Shown here: piece by piece, positions 26,632-41,700 of the stretch
Numbering within the stretch: the stretch's first letter is position 1
Layout of the letters: each line of letters starts with the position of its first letter
NCBI RefSeq assembly: GCF_009914755.1
Contig: NC_060938.1
Strand: one strand, 5' to 3'
Source of the DNA: the human T2T-CHM13v2.0 reference genome, Homo sapiens
DNA: 64,000 nt
The notes under the pieces: model-generated
Told to the model about the DNA's origin: nothing
What the model saw: the letters and a program-made list of their open reading frames with translations, nothing else
The model's database searches: none
Program-made: the position numbers and the translations under genes

Positions 26632-28189
26632 CTTTCCAAGATCCAAAGCCAGTGTAGAGCTGAAATGTGAACCCAGGTAGTTTAACTCCAGACTCCAGGA
26701 AGGTAAACATGACATCATCCTGCTAGAATTTTATAAATCCATGTGAGCCACCTTAAACTCATCCTGGAACAGGTAAGGGGTAATCATATCTCCATGCCTA
26801 CATACCGACATCTACATACATATACCTATCTGCCATTTTTATCTCTTCTTATATGGAAGTGATCTTGTTCAGTGCTAAGGTGAAAAGAGTTTCTCTACAT
26901 AAAGGAATAGGTAGTTCTGCCTGAAGTCTGGGTAAAGAGCTAGATGACTCTTAAAAGTTCTTTTCTGCCCCAATTCAACTGGGTTAAATGCTCCTTCAGG
27001 ACGGAGACTATACAGATGCGATTTGAGCAGTAATAAGCCTGAACTGCTCTTTTCTGACTCGTTAGTGTCCCTCCGCTTTTCATGAGTCCCAGAGCTGGAC
27101 AACTTTCGTGTTCCTGGTGTGCCTCTTCGTTAAACAAGAATGACTTCATTTCCTTTATAATGAACTCTGCTCTGCTCTTAGACCACACCCACTGGTGGCT
27201 TAACCATGTAATGGCGGCTGGCTGTGAACAGCTCTGTTGTCAGGTTCTGAACTTTTACACTAGGGATGGGGCTTTTAGCCCAATAATGCACTGAGGCACG
27301 GAGCCTAGTTCTTGTTAACCTGCTAGAGAATGGCGTGTGTAGGATTCTGTGCTTCAAATCTAGGCCATGTCAACAGGGTGACGCAAATTAATAAAAGGTG
27401 AATTAATGAGTACTTTTGGTTGCAAGTAAGCCCCAACTAGGTTAAGACAAAAATAAAAATAAATAAATAAATCCACCAATATCATAGAATGCCCAAATAA
27501 ATGAACTTGGGTTTTTGGTGATTCCATGCCAGGACTCTTCTGCCTTTCTTACAAACTTACCAGATACTCAGCAAACCACAATGAGTCCAGAGTCTCTTAT
27601 CAAAAGATGGAGACAGGCTTTTGTTTTGTGTTGCTTTATTTTGTTTATTTGTATGAGAAATAAAATGGAAATTAATTTATCAAGACAATAGTTGAACTTT
27701 GAGGATGCAAATACTTACTAGACTAGAAATAGATTCTTTAGAGGTACACAATTATAATTTTATTCTAGTAGTATAGAATTTGCCATATCCCAAATAAACT
27801 GTTTAATTAGCTTTTGGTGGATATTTCCTTTCTATCATCTACATGAGATACAGTCAGGAAATGTCTTTGAAGTGGTCAGTATTTCAAATTATTGGAGAGG
27901 TGGCTCTTCTGGAAAATCAGTAATTCTCTTCAAGCATTGGCTTCTCCATTACATGGGAAAGTCAAGGAGTGCATGTCCTGCCAGCACCCAGGCTGCATTC
28001 TTTCCAAGGCACTGATGTAGGACTATATTAACTGGGGCCACGTGCTTTACAATAGTAAGGACAAAGTATTGTTCCTTCTCACACTGTCCTTTGTGAGTAA
28101 TTGATAACTGCCTTGTTTTATGCAGTTATGCACCACATAAAAGCTTACAGGATCATATTGGGATAACTATTTACCATGAAGGGCAATAC

Positions 28190-28420
28190 AGTATATGTTA
28201 TGTGCTAGGTAAACACAGGGACTATGGACACAGACTGCCTGAGTTCCTCTCTTAGTTCTACTGCTAACTGTGATCTTGGCAAGTTTTGTAAGCCCTCTAT
28301 GCTTCTATTTTCTCCTAAGTACTCACCCCCAAAGATAAAACACTTAAATCTGTGTAACATGCATAAATTATTTATAAGTGTAATAAGTGCCACATACATA
28401 TTAGCTGTCACTACCACCAG
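28190..28420 (+). mobile_element. MIR
   Basis: cagactgcctgagttc...tactgctaactgtgatcttggcaagtt...ctctatgcttctattttctc (MIR core). Confidence 0.6.
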
Positions 28421-29712
28421 TAAGTCTTTACACAAATACCCTTTGAACATTGGCCTCATTCCCATTCTCACTGCTTTTACCTCCTGCAGATCCTCATCAC
28501 CTCACCCAACAGTCTATGATAATTGACTCCAAACTGGTCTCTCCATTCCTCCTCCTTTTGAATCAGTCTTCCATACAGATTTCTTCTTAATACTTCTAAC
28601 ATACCACTTTCCACTGCTTTCAATCAAAAATCATTTTCTCCAGGGTAAAGTTTGCTTTTCTTTACCTGACATTTAAGATCCTCTACAATATCCCCCTGCC
28701 CCTTTGCCAACTTATATTTGCAACAATTTCTTCATGTCACTGCACCATGTGGGTGGCTGTGTCTTTTGTGGTAGAGATAGAGTGGAGATACAGGGGGACT
28801 ACCTGAAAGGAAGAGGTACAATGGATATTCATAATTTCTACTTAATAAGTCAAGGCTTCTGAGGTTGCTCTAAGCAAGACCTGGATTAATGTTGAAACTT
28901 AAGGCTGGACCACTCCTGTGGAATCCAGGAAGTCTCTGTGGATGGTGAGGTCACAGTCATTTCTGTGACTTGTACACTGCTCTTGAACTACCTTGGATTG
29001 TAAAATGCTGGACTGAATGGCATGTGATCAGTCAGCAGCTTTACCAAATGCTTTCTTACTCAGTAAAAGGGAACCACATTAGCTGCCATTGTAACTGTCC
29101 TGTACATAACCTTAACATCATACAATGCATAGTTTTAAGAAATATTAAACAGGAATGAAAGCAAGCAATGCATTCTTAATGGGTTTACAATATCTCTCAT
29201 CTTTACTCCTTTTTCACTTTGGCTATCTGAAGACGAATTTTTTTTTTGTCTTCTAGTTAAGCAGAATGGATTCATTTCTAACTCTGCACTCTGCTATATC
29301 TTCTGATGGAATTTGTGCATTGCAAGAGGCAAAGTTATTGATACTATATTGATCTCATTTCTCATCTGCAAAGTGTATATATGAGTGTTGTGTATTGAAT
29401 CTCTGTGTGTGTTTTGGTTACGTTTTAGAAATTTTTATAGTTGGCAGGGGCTCCTCTCTATGCTTCTTGCTTGTCTTATTCTGCTCCCCATGAAACTGAT
29501 CAGGTTGCCAAGTTCTTCCTGACATCAAAGCAGGCTCCAGGCTCAGATGATCTCTGTGGGATGCAGAGGAAGAGGAGAAATAGCTTTTTTCCCACTCTTT
29601 CCCGGAGAACACTTCTCTGACCGAGTTCTGAGTAAATTCTAGGGCTTATTTGACAGATTTTTTTTTTCTTTCTCTTGCTGGGCAAGCTCCTAGTGAAGTC
29701 AAATATTGCAGC

Positions 29713-29720
29713 TGACGTCA
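29713..29720. promoter_or_regulatory. Full CRE palindrome (TGACGTCA) overlapping a CAGCTG E-box
   Basis: gcagctgacgtcaatcggc in non-repeat sequence. Motif only. Confidence 0.3.
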
Positions 29721-31949
29721 ATCGGCTTGTGTCCAGGTGCTGGACTATGCTGGGCAGAATCTCAGGGCAACAGATCCATCCCCCTTGGATCTTGATTTTT
29801 ATAGTTCCGTTTTGCATGATGTTCTTTCAAATAGCAATAAAAATGGTAAACAGATTACAAAACACAAGCCACCCATGCGTACATTCCTTTCTCCTGAACT
29901 GAAATGAATACAACGCCAACCCTAACAAAGGTTAATTAATAGCACAGCAGAGATTCTTATTTAAAAAAAAATTCCTTCTTCCCACAGGCTGCAGAACTAG
30001 GCTCTTGCCAGTCCTGTGTGTTCCTTAGCCACAAATTTATTTGTACTTATTCTTCACATCTGTGCCAAGACTCTTGATTCCCTACAAACTTTCCATGTGG
30101 AGACACACGTAAGTGTGAGGCTGATAAAACTGTGAAGTGGGTATCCTTAACTTTCAGGTGCAGGATTTCTCCACATTTTGATACATTCTTACGTGTTTTG
30201 GATTTCTCCATTATTTTGCCCTAGAACCCACTGGGACCATGCTGTTTCCTGGTTTTACAGGCTCACCAGTGAAAAACAACAAGGCTTTATGCCTTGTTTT
30301 TTGTGAAGAGATGTTTTCTGTGAAGAGATGTTGTTTATCACATCTCTTCACAATCACCAAAATATGTACTACTTATCATTCCCACAGATCCTCACAAACT
30401 GATGTGTCATCATTGGTGATGAGTTTGTGTTTAAGGAGAGTTACCTAGGGAAATGTCTATATATGAGGCAGTTTATGGACTGGAGAGACATTTCTGGCTC
30501 CTAGTGTTGAGTAGGGGACACACTTAAACATACACAGACAGAAAGGTGAGGTTTGGGCTTAACGTAATCCATGTACATACAAATACACACACAGTGAGCA
30601 AGGTAACCTAGACCCTTGCAGGATTTTGACTCCCTGAGAGAGCAATCAGCATTTATGTGAAGTGCAGGCATGACCTTTGTGTGTTTTCATATTTCAAGTG
30701 GAAATAGGGAGCCCACTATTTTTGGAAACTCTGCTTAGAATCTCCATCATGGACCTTCTCCTGGACTACACTGTTGTGATGACTTGACCCTGAAATAGAA
30801 ATGTGACCTTTATACTCAGCAGACTCTCTGGTGTCTATTTCTTGATATTAACAGTTGCTGGTCAATGATGCTTTACAATATAGTAAATGCCTTTAAGTGA
30901 TATCATCACATGGTTTTAGAATTTTAAAGGATCTCAAGGACCACCGATTCAGCCTGTTTATTCTATAGCTGAGAGACCTACGACCCAGTTCGTGGGAAAT
31001 CTGAGCCTGGAACCAAGACCTCTTTACTCCTCATACCACAATCATTTATTTAAAAAAATTATTGAATGCAACCCAGAATTTTTATAAGACCCTCCAATTA
31101 TTTTTTAATCCTGTGATAAGAAAGTTCTGGGCAATTTAATGTTGCAAAATTCACTAATTTATTTCTCTTAAATGTTTTGAAACATATTAGAATATAGTAT
31201 GAGTGAAATAAAGCAAAGCAATGAAGTAAATTACTGCAGTTGACAACAGGAGTGTAATCATGCCCATTACAAATTCATTGTTAATGCTTTACCCTTGCTC
31301 TTTCAGATGTGCCATTGCCAGCACATGCATAAAACTGAAAAACTGCCTTAATCTTTCCAACATGAACTGAATGTGTAAAACTAACTAGACACTATGCAAT
31401 GCAGTTCAACTTTTATGGGAGAAATAACGTACATAATTACCATTAGTCCTAAAAGCTTAAGATCTTCCTCTTTGCTAACTTTATATTGTACCCTATCCCC
31501 AAACCAATTCTGCTCCCATTAGGCTACTTTCCTCACTGTACTATATCCATGTCTAGTGCTGAGATCTGGGTGTGTGGTTTTGCTCAAACTGTTGTTTTTC
31601 TAACCCTAAGTTCCATGTTCCACCAAGTTCAAGCTCAAATCGTACTTCCCCCCATTAATTCTTTTCTCTGACAATTAAGCCTTCCTTTCATTTAACTCAC
31701 ACTCTTGAGAACATACAATTTATACCTTGACATTTTATCCATAATTATATCCAATCTAATATAATTTGCTTATTTATGTTCATGTTCATTTAGCTAAAAT
31801 TTGCACTTAGATTGTGAAAATTTTCATGCAGAGATTATGTGTCTTCTCTTTTCTCATAATACCCAACACTATGGTGCAAAAAAGCGTACCCAAAACTAGT
31901 TGTTTTTGATTAGCCTATGATTAAATAAGGGCTTATGTGACAGGATGCA

Positions 31950-32085
31950 CAAACTTTGCTACTCAAAGTGTGGTCCATGGGCCAGCAGTTCCCTAGGAAC
32001 TTCTTAGAAATGCAGAATCTCAGGTTCTATTCTAGGCCTGCTGATTAAAAAAAATCCAGTGATGTGTAAAGTTTGACAGGCAATA
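31950..32085. mobile_element. MER5A-like DNA transposon fragment
   Basis: tactcaaagtgtggtccatgggccagcag...ggaacttcttagaaatgcagaatctcagg. Confidence 0.7.
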
Positions 32086-34419
32086 GCTTGAGGGAGAGGG
32101 ACTTTGGTGCGTCCAGACGCTGAATTCTGGCCTACATGATGTGAGCATCAAGTTTTCCTGTGCAAAGAGGAAGGTGTTTCCTTGACATTTGTAATCATCA
32201 ACTCCGTAGAGAATTTGGTGAAAGCTTTGAACCTTCTTTCAAAAAAATGAACGTAAAGTCATAATATTTTACACATAATTTATGAGCTTAAAGGATACTT
32301 TAAGCCTATAAAGAGATCATTTATTTTTCTCCTGGAGTACCTTGTTATGTGTTGTGTATTTACCATTGAAAAACAAGAGAGATCTAATTGGCCTTTCTGC
32401 AAGAGGATAGTCTTTGGTTTTTGTATTATGTTTTGGATGGGTAATAATAACCACATGTAATGTTGCTCCTGTAGGTGAGGTGGCAGGTATTGTGTGTATA
32501 AGCTAATTTATCCATGAAAGAGGCCTTCATATGGTAGATTTTATTCATCTCAGTAACACAGTATGCTTTGATTTAAGCAATCACGACTGTCTTTCTAGCT
32601 AATTGTGTACTTAATTTAAAAAAAAGTATCTCTTTCTTTCTCTTTCTTTTAATCCAAGAAAATAATCATACTTTCTTTTCATGTATTTTTAAAAAGTCCT
32701 TGGGGTGATGATCTGAATTGCTCTTAATTATCAATTAAATTTTCCCCAAGTAGATTGTTAAAAGTTTAGATGATCCCAATTAGTGAGAACCTCACTCTAA
32801 CAGCAAGAGTGAAGTTGGTTATTTAAAGTTTTCTTTATCATGTGAAAAGAAAGGCTCAGATAGCTCAGATCAATGTTAAATGGGAATGATGGAAATAAAT
32901 GCTAAAAATAACAGACATAAAAAAGTATGACCAGTGAAGTCAAAGAAGTGGACCTTCAGTTTAAGTTTTTCCAGATACTAACAATATTCATTTGAAAATA
33001 TTATGCCCCTGTTTATCCTAAAGGGAGTTCCAAATTAATGTCTGCATTGGTATTTTAAAACTGTATTATTTTATATTCTTTACTAGTGCTTTTTTTCTTG
33101 GAAAAGATACCCACACCTGTATTTAAAGGCAACTTATATTTGCCAAAGCAGCAACACGTGAAATTGAGGTTATGCTATTATAACTATTTGGACAAGGTAT
33201 CTGTGAGCACACTCAGAAGACACACAGCCCAATACTCCTCTATCAGTGAAATCTTAAAAGCAGTGTGCAAGAAAACGTGGATAACTTAAAAGTACTCAGA
33301 ACTCCTTAGAATAGATTATGACTCAGGAACAAACCAATAGTTTAGTAGTTCAAAAAAGAGAGCTCTCACTAGCGTGAATCAAGTATTGGAGAGAAGAGTT
33401 ATACGCTGGCACCAAGAGCTGGCTCATAACAATGAGGTATACCAGATCACCTCTTTTGTTATGAATCTCCAAAGCAAGTTTTAGGCCATTTCACATTCTT
33501 TGTTACAGAGATACTGGGTGTGCATCAGGGCTGAAAGGAATCAGGACTGAATTCCACTACATTTGATTCAATGTATAGTGATAGGTACACTTCCTGGTCA
33601 ATGAGGAAAAGGAGAGTTAAGAAAAGAAAGGGTCAGGAGTTGGTACAATGAAAAAACATTCTCTATCCTTAAGAATTTTGCTCTCTAGTTGGGGAAACAA
33701 ACACATCCACATTGCGATTAAATAACTGGTAGCATTTAAAGATGGTAATCCTTGGTAGACTGATGAAAGCAAAGAAAGGAAGTTGCATTTTTTTTTTAAA
33801 TCATGTATGCCTTTATTTCTTATTCTCACCCTATTGCACTAGCTAGAGGTCTATATTTTGATAAGGATAAAAATCTTATTAAAGAAGTGAATCTCTATAC
33901 CGTATCACTCATAGGTTAGCAGGGGCTAAGATATAATTGGAACAGCTGATTTTCATGGAGCCCCTGAAATCATGTCACTCAGGCAATCACCTCTTCAGTA
34001 GTGGAGGCCTTGGTAAAACGATCAAGACTGAAAGTCAGATCGGCAACTTGGGATATGAATGTCCATAGTGATTTTTGAGATAATTTTGAAAAAGCTCAAC
34101 CAACACTGGCCTTGGTGAAATACAGAATCAGATGAAGTTTAAATTTGGTGTGTTCTCAAAGACAGTCCTGCTTTAAAATATGGTTAGAACAATTGGAAGG
34201 AGAGGTGAAGAAAGATATGTGTTGAAAACCTTCTTTTTGTTATTTTTATTCTTTCTTCTTAATTTTCTCATCCTCTTTGTGGATCAGGAAGGACTTTTAT
34301 ATGTGAAATCTAAGACAGACAAACCTCATTTTTGTTACTTTTTCCTTAGTGGAAAGAGTTGCAGAGTGTCACGTTCGGGTGCTTAGGAAAACATCTGGAT
34401 TTAGTCTCAGGAGTGGCAT

Positions 34420-34636
34420 ATTCATGGACACATAGAGGGGAACAAGACACACTAGGGCCTATCAGAGGGTGGAGGGTGGGAGAAGAGAGAGATCAGGAAA
34501 AATAGCTAATGGGGTATTAGGCTTAGTACCTGGTTGATGAAATAATCTGCACAACAAACTCCTACAACACAGGTTTACTCATGTAACAAACCTTCGCAGA
34601 TACCCTTATACTTAACGTAAAAGTTAAAAAAAAAAA
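34420..34636 (+). mobile_element. L1PA/PB (older primate L1) 3' end
   Basis: catggacacatagaggggaacaagacacactagggcct...gatgaaataatctgcacaacaaac...atgtaacaaacct...aaagttaaaaaaa. Confidence 0.88.
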
Positions 34637-35029
34637 GAGAGAGAGAAAATTTAAAAAAGAGTGGGATAATGTGACATGACTTGTTTGAGACAAGGTCATT
34701 TTTCCTCATTTGTATCATAGCAGCTTGAAGGTAGTTCTAGGACAAAATCAAAAGAATATGATCACTTGATTTCCCACTCAGTCTTCAGTGGACCCTTAGA
34801 CTCCCAAAACAGAATTATGTTTCAAGAAAAAAAAAGCCCTCACTTTCTCTAATCTGCACAATAACTTTCTAAACATCATGGAAAATAAAGTGAGATTTGC
34901 AGAGAGTAATGACAACAGTGATGATGGTGATGATAATTACTATGATGACAATAATGCTTAGTACTTTAAGGTCAACATCAGATAAGATAGCGCTCATTCA
35001 GATGTATTTGTTCCTATTCAAACAGCCAA

Positions 35030-35350
35030 GCCAGGCACAGTGGCTCATGCCTGTAATTCCAGCATTTTGGGAGGCTGAGATGAGAGAATTGCTTGAGCTC
35101 AGGAGTTCAAAACTAGCCTGGGCAAAACAGTGAGACCCTGTCTCTACAAAAAAATGAAAAAAATAAAAATTAGCTGAGCTTGGTGGCACACTCCTGCTGT
35201 CCCAGCTACTCAGGAGGCTGAGGTAGGAGAAACGCTTGAGCCCAGGAAGTTGAGGTTCAGTGAGCCGTGATCCTGCCACTGCACTCCAGCCTGGGTGACA
35301 ATGAGACTTGGTCTCTTAAAAAAACAAAAACACCAAACAAAAAACAACCA
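35030..35350 (+). mobile_element. AluJ
   Basis: gccaggcacagtggctcatgcctgtaat...gcttgagctcaggagttc...gcttgagcccaggaag; A-rich tail. Confidence 0.9.
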
Positions 35351-37254
35351 AAATACAACTGTTATTTGAGAAAGTAAAAGCCCAGGAGGTTAGAGGAATC
35401 ATTCCTCTATCTTGTATTTGAGAAAGAAAGCAAATTAAAAAAAAAAAAGTCACCATCAGTGAAACAGAATTATAATAGTTATAGTCTCTATCATATGAAT
35501 CCTAAATTGTTTATGTCTGCGTGACGTGTTGTTATCAAAAGCAGCAATTATCACATGAGCAGAAGTCCTGATATGTACTGGAGCAAATTTAGTAAAAAAT
35601 TGCTGGTAAGAATTCGGTATATTCCAGCTGTTTTAAAAATATCTCCTCGGAAAACTAGGCTTAGAATCAGGGAAGGAGGGGAAATTTGAAGGTAAATTAA
35701 ATCAATAATAGGCTACTTTATCTAGGGTAAGAAAACCAGGAAAAGAGGTGGGAATGGTAAGTCTGGACTACAGATGAAGAAATGACAAATTTTCTTAGTG
35801 AAATCTCAAATGAAGAGAAAGGACAGATCATGTTTGGTTAACTATTTGTAAATCTGTAAGTAGGTATCATGGCCTTTAAATTAATTTCTGTAACTAAAAC
35901 ATAAAATACTATCTAGAGCTGGAGGGCTTCTTAGAGATCATTTAAACTCTATAGAGACCAGACGTTAAAGCTCAGAGAAGTTAAATAATTTAATGACTGT
36001 CGTACAGTAGGTTATCAGTAGAATTGGGGCAGGAATACCTGCACGCTGATTCCCCTTTGACAGCTCTGAGAGAAAAGTGATTTTCAGAGGCTTCAACTCT
36101 GTGAACAGCTTAAGCAGAATGTGACAGATGGACTGTGTGTATTGCTGCTCCCACCAATATGTACAATTATTGGGATGTAACATAGTGCTGGGGTTTAACA
36201 TTTACTTGTCAACATCTATTTTTTTACTCACTGTTTATTGTGCTGCTTGAAGAAAACTAAACATTTTGTAAACAATACAGTTCATTTTTCTGAAAGGCTA
36301 TATACAAGTAAAGCCACTAACTGGAGTTAAAAATTGTAAACTTTATTTTTACAGTGAATTGCTTCCTCTTTTTTGGCGCCTTGCTTTCTATCAGCCACAT
36401 AGAGAAATGGAAAAAGGTCTGCATGTCCCAGTGTGGCTTTTGTTTGTATCAAGTCACTCCAGCATGAATTCTAAAACCTGGACCTATTTGCCTCCCCCAC
36501 ACTGGAAGATTCTCATGTAGTTGTGAATGTGAAAGGATTCATCTGTCTTTTACAATGACAATTGGTTTCAATGCCCTTAAACATGTTTTTGTTTCTAGGT
36601 TTGTGTTTTTGTTTCTAAACATCCTAGTTCTTTTACTTGTGTCTCCATGCTCTTGGCCTCAGAACAAAATAACTCACACTGTTTTCAGACCAATTATCCA
36701 TCTGGGCTAGATTCTGTAAAAATTTTTTATTCTTATTCACAGAATAAACCTCTGTGAATAAGTTTTACTTTTTTGTTAATTCCCTCATTTCTTCATTTGT
36801 TTAACTGATAATGTAAGCATTGGCTCTGTTAGGACCAGTGTTATCTGGAGCTGTGAAGATGAGTAAGACAGAGTATCCTACCTGGGGAGGTTGAAAATGC
36901 AGTGGAACAGAAGGTCATTTTAAGGGAGTGTGTAATTGCTCTCTGTGTGATTTACCAGACATGTAGTATATGTGTGGTCTGACATATACTATAAGCACCC
37001 TTAGTATCCTTTATCAATAGGATTTATCAATCATGATTTTTTTTGACAACTTCTTAACCTATTTTTACTTCTGTAATACTTCAAAATAGAGGATCTTCTA
37101 TGAGTTTACTATCTCCTTAATATACCTAGTCCCAGAAAAATATATATTTGCCTCCCTTAGGTCAGGTTCCCTAAGTCCAAACAGCATGATCCTGGTTATT
37201 TAATGCATGAACATGATATTGATTTGATTACACTGTGAAGGTCTCATTTGATGA

Positions 37255-37604
<350 letters not shown>

Positions 37605-37816
37605 ACATAATGTATTTTAGATAAGAAATCCCTTATGCTAAGAAAGAGGAGCTTAAGAATAATAATTTCTTATAAATTTTATTCTTTATATTAGATATTA
37701 ACTCACAATCAGTGCTGCTGCTTTGTAAGTTTCTACTTCCTCTGTGAAATGTGCAATATCAGCAATGTATGTACACTGAAAAGAGGGAGTTTTTAATTTA
37801 TTGAAATATGGTAGCA

Positions 37817-38201
<385 letters not shown>

Positions 38202-38627
38202 TTAACCAGATATATTAGTTGTTATCCACAATGAGAACTGCATTTCTTTTTGCATTCATGAAAGAAAAGAAAAAATAAAGAAAAACAAAACATATGGCCA
38301 TTTACAAGTATTTGTAAGGAGGGAGACTCTAAATAATTAAATTCAGAATAAAAAGGATAAAAACAGATGAAGAAAAATAAATAAAACATTAAGGGGAATT
38401 TAGTAAGATTTAATAATAATTTATATTCAAAAGAAGATTGGGGAGGTTGGGAAAACAAGATGTTGAGGAAAGAAACCTGTTATAAAGGGATTTATAATTT
38501 TAAGGGGGCAGGGAATGAAGTGAGAGATATGTATTTCTTTATCAAAAATGCAGGTTTTAGTTTGAAATTCAACTACAAAAGCAGTTTGAACATACGATTG
38601 TTATGTGTTATTCCCAAGCAAAGAAGT

Positions 38628-38770
38628 CCTTCCTTCTTTCCTTCTTTCTTTTCCTCCCTCCCTCCCTCTCTCTGTTCCCCTCCCTTCCTTCCTTCCATCC
38701 TTCCTTCCTTCCTTCCTTCCTTCCCTTCTCCCTCCCTCAATTCCTTCTTTCTCTTTATATCTTTCTTCCT
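38628..38770 (+). repeat. (CCTT)n/CT-rich tract
   Basis: Directly visible. Confidence 0.9.
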
Positions 38771-41700
38771 ATTCCACGTTGATCAAAGCTCAGATACTGC
38801 ATTGTGCACCATGCATTCCAAACAAGGCAGGAAAACTGAAGAGAAATGAACTACATTACCAAGAAGTGAAATCTCTCTTGGGAAGCAAAAATGCATCAGG
38901 AGACCTCTTAGTTTCATGTCTTAGCAAAATAAAACCTCTAAGTGGTCTTTGGCAGGATTTTACATAACCTAATGAATAAGAAAGATGAAAACTTATGCTT
39001 AATTAGGCTTGACAAGAAATCAATCATATTTGAAGAACAAGTAAGTCTGATTTAAATACCAGGGAGGTCTCTAAGAGTACCCAAATCTGATCCGCTCCTG
39101 TGCATAAATCACACAGGTAACTGTAGCTGCTACCCACAATGTCAGAGCCTTGGAGTTCATTGAAAAAGCACGTTCAGAAGAAGGCTATTCATTCTTAAAA
39201 ATCACTCTTACTACATCTTGGCCATGCTTTGAATTATTTGCAGCAGCATTCTAATTGCTGCTTCTTGGGTTTTGTTACTATCGGGTGCAAGAAAACATTA
39301 TCAGCCAAAACGCAATATAAAGAGAAATATAACGTGTTGTGGAAAACAAGCACAGCATTATACAATATTGGATTGAGCATTGTTTTGTCTCTCTGACCTT
39401 CTTACCATTATTATGGATTACATATTTTTATTTCTACCTCACTTATTTTACTAATATCACTGAGAGGTAGAGAGATTGTATATATTATCTCTCATTTTAA
39501 GATAAGTAATACATTAGGTAAGTTCTCCAGTAAAATTTCAAAAAAGGCAGTCTGAAGCTTTCCTTAGTTCTGTGACCCAAGTCACCGAATAGAAACAGAA
39601 ACACAACCACCAGACTATGTATCAGCCTCTATTCTGCATGAAATCTGCCTTTATTCTGCTTCCAGAACAAACCATGTCACCTTGGGCAAATTATATAATC
39701 ACAATCTCTTATCAGTTTCCTCATCTACAAAGTCATTCACTCTTTCAACATCTGTTTTTCTAACAATATGTTGTAAAATGTTCTTTTCTAAGATTCTACA
39801 AACCTATGTCATTATATACTTTTTCCAATTAAAAGTTATTTAATAAAAAATAACAATTTAGTGACTCTCACAGAGTGAGAGTATATATGTTAGCAATACT
39901 AGAATAGTGAGCCTGAAATTATTCCTTAATATTTGCCAAGAATCTTAAGATTTTGTAATTAGAACATTAAAAACTCTTTTAACTCTGACTTCTGTAGAAA
40001 ACCCCAGTAATACCTGATTTTAGGATAATTTTTGCTTTAAGTAGAGGATTTGCTATGAATATAAATGAATTATTATAATAAGAGGTATAAAACAGCAAGA
40101 AATGTCATCTGTAGAATATTCTCACCTGTATAAACTTAGTCCAAGATTATAAAATACACAATAGACACTAATCCCTCCTAGGATGAATATCCTTTCTTCA
40201 ACTTTCTAGGGACATCTTCAAGCTGCTTATGACTTTACTCATTAATATTAATAGAATTCTTACTATGCTCAAAGCTCAGAGACAGGGCTATTGTCTTTTA
40301 GGAGAAATATTACTATATTATGGTTTTAATAGATTTTGTTACCAACAGGCTGATAGTTAGAACCTCTTTGAAAGTGACCTCCTGCTGATACTTTAATTTC
40401 TTAACTTTGTAATGAATTCAATATTAGGAGACTTTGAAAAATTATTAGGGTGCCAGAAAATCCTCTTGGGAATAAAATTTAGAAAGCCACTACATTTTAC
40501 TGCCATGGAAAATCCATTCTTATGAAAACAGAAGAAAATATGACTGCTATACTGTTAAAATATTCTAAGAAAAGTCACTCATGTAAAAATGGTATTGCAT
40601 ATTTCCGACAGTTAATCAGTCCCCTCCACTAGGAGACGTTTTCAAAATTTAATTTAAGACTATTCCAACTTTTTCTGTTATAGTAGAAATAGAATACAGT
40701 AACTCACCTGACACTGCCCTCTAAAGTTAGAGCTGGTTATTGAGTTATTATCGGCCATCTCGTCTCCACACTAAGTCCCATTTCCTTTCCTATTGGGATT
40801 TTAGTTCTGAATTATTAGCCAGTTTTGATTAAAAAACTTTTTGGAAGTTCTCTGTCACATTTTAATGCTAATGAATTTTAAAAATATGTCATGTAAAGGT
40901 AAAATAAGTACTTACAACAAATAACAGGGGGTGGGGGAGTAGGACAGTAAAAGAAAGGCGATTAACTCACAAGATACTTCAGAGATAAGTACTAGAAGAG
41001 ATACTGGGTGTTATCACTGGAAAAGGCTGGTCCCGCCAACGTTCAAGAAGGCAACTGGAACTATTGGGCCCACGTGTTAGAAATTTGGCCTAGACTCCAG
41101 AAGCTGTGTGCAAGCTGATCATTATGAGTAAATTCCTTAGGGATTTGTCACCATCACAGTTACGATAGAAACTGTTATATTAAGTACCATATCCCCACCA
41201 TGTAGGAGGTGGGGATCTGTTTCTACAGAGGCTTTCCTCATCAATTGTTCCAAAAGCAACAGGAATGCAGTAAAATGAAACATGGCAGAATTCCAACCTA
41301 ATTTCCTTTTACTCCCAGATACGAATATTCACTGCAACTTAAGCCAAAGCCAAATGGATGCTGGAAGGGAGTTTCTTAATTTAGGACTTATCTATTAAAA
41401 CAATAAACATAATTTCTAAAACTCAGAACCTCACAGTGCTTGCAGTTAGGGATATTTTTATGACATAGCCATATCTTCTTATCAGTATCTTCAAAACTTA
41501 CTTGTTCAAATCTTTATATGAGCATAAAATACTGTCTTCAGAAAGGCCAATTTTCGTCACTATAATAAAGACCACACACACATTTTGTTCCATTCTTTTC
41601 CTTGTCCTCAATGGTCTGTTTCATACTCTTGGGACTTCACTTTGGTGATTAGATGATTGTTTGTATTGTCATTGAGTGTACGATTCAGAGCTGATTCTTG

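Noticed and set aside
36964-36991. 10-bp-stem hairpin tagtatatgt-N8-acatatacta
   Set aside because: Too short and AT-rich for a pre-miRNA, and plausible by chance in 64 kb.
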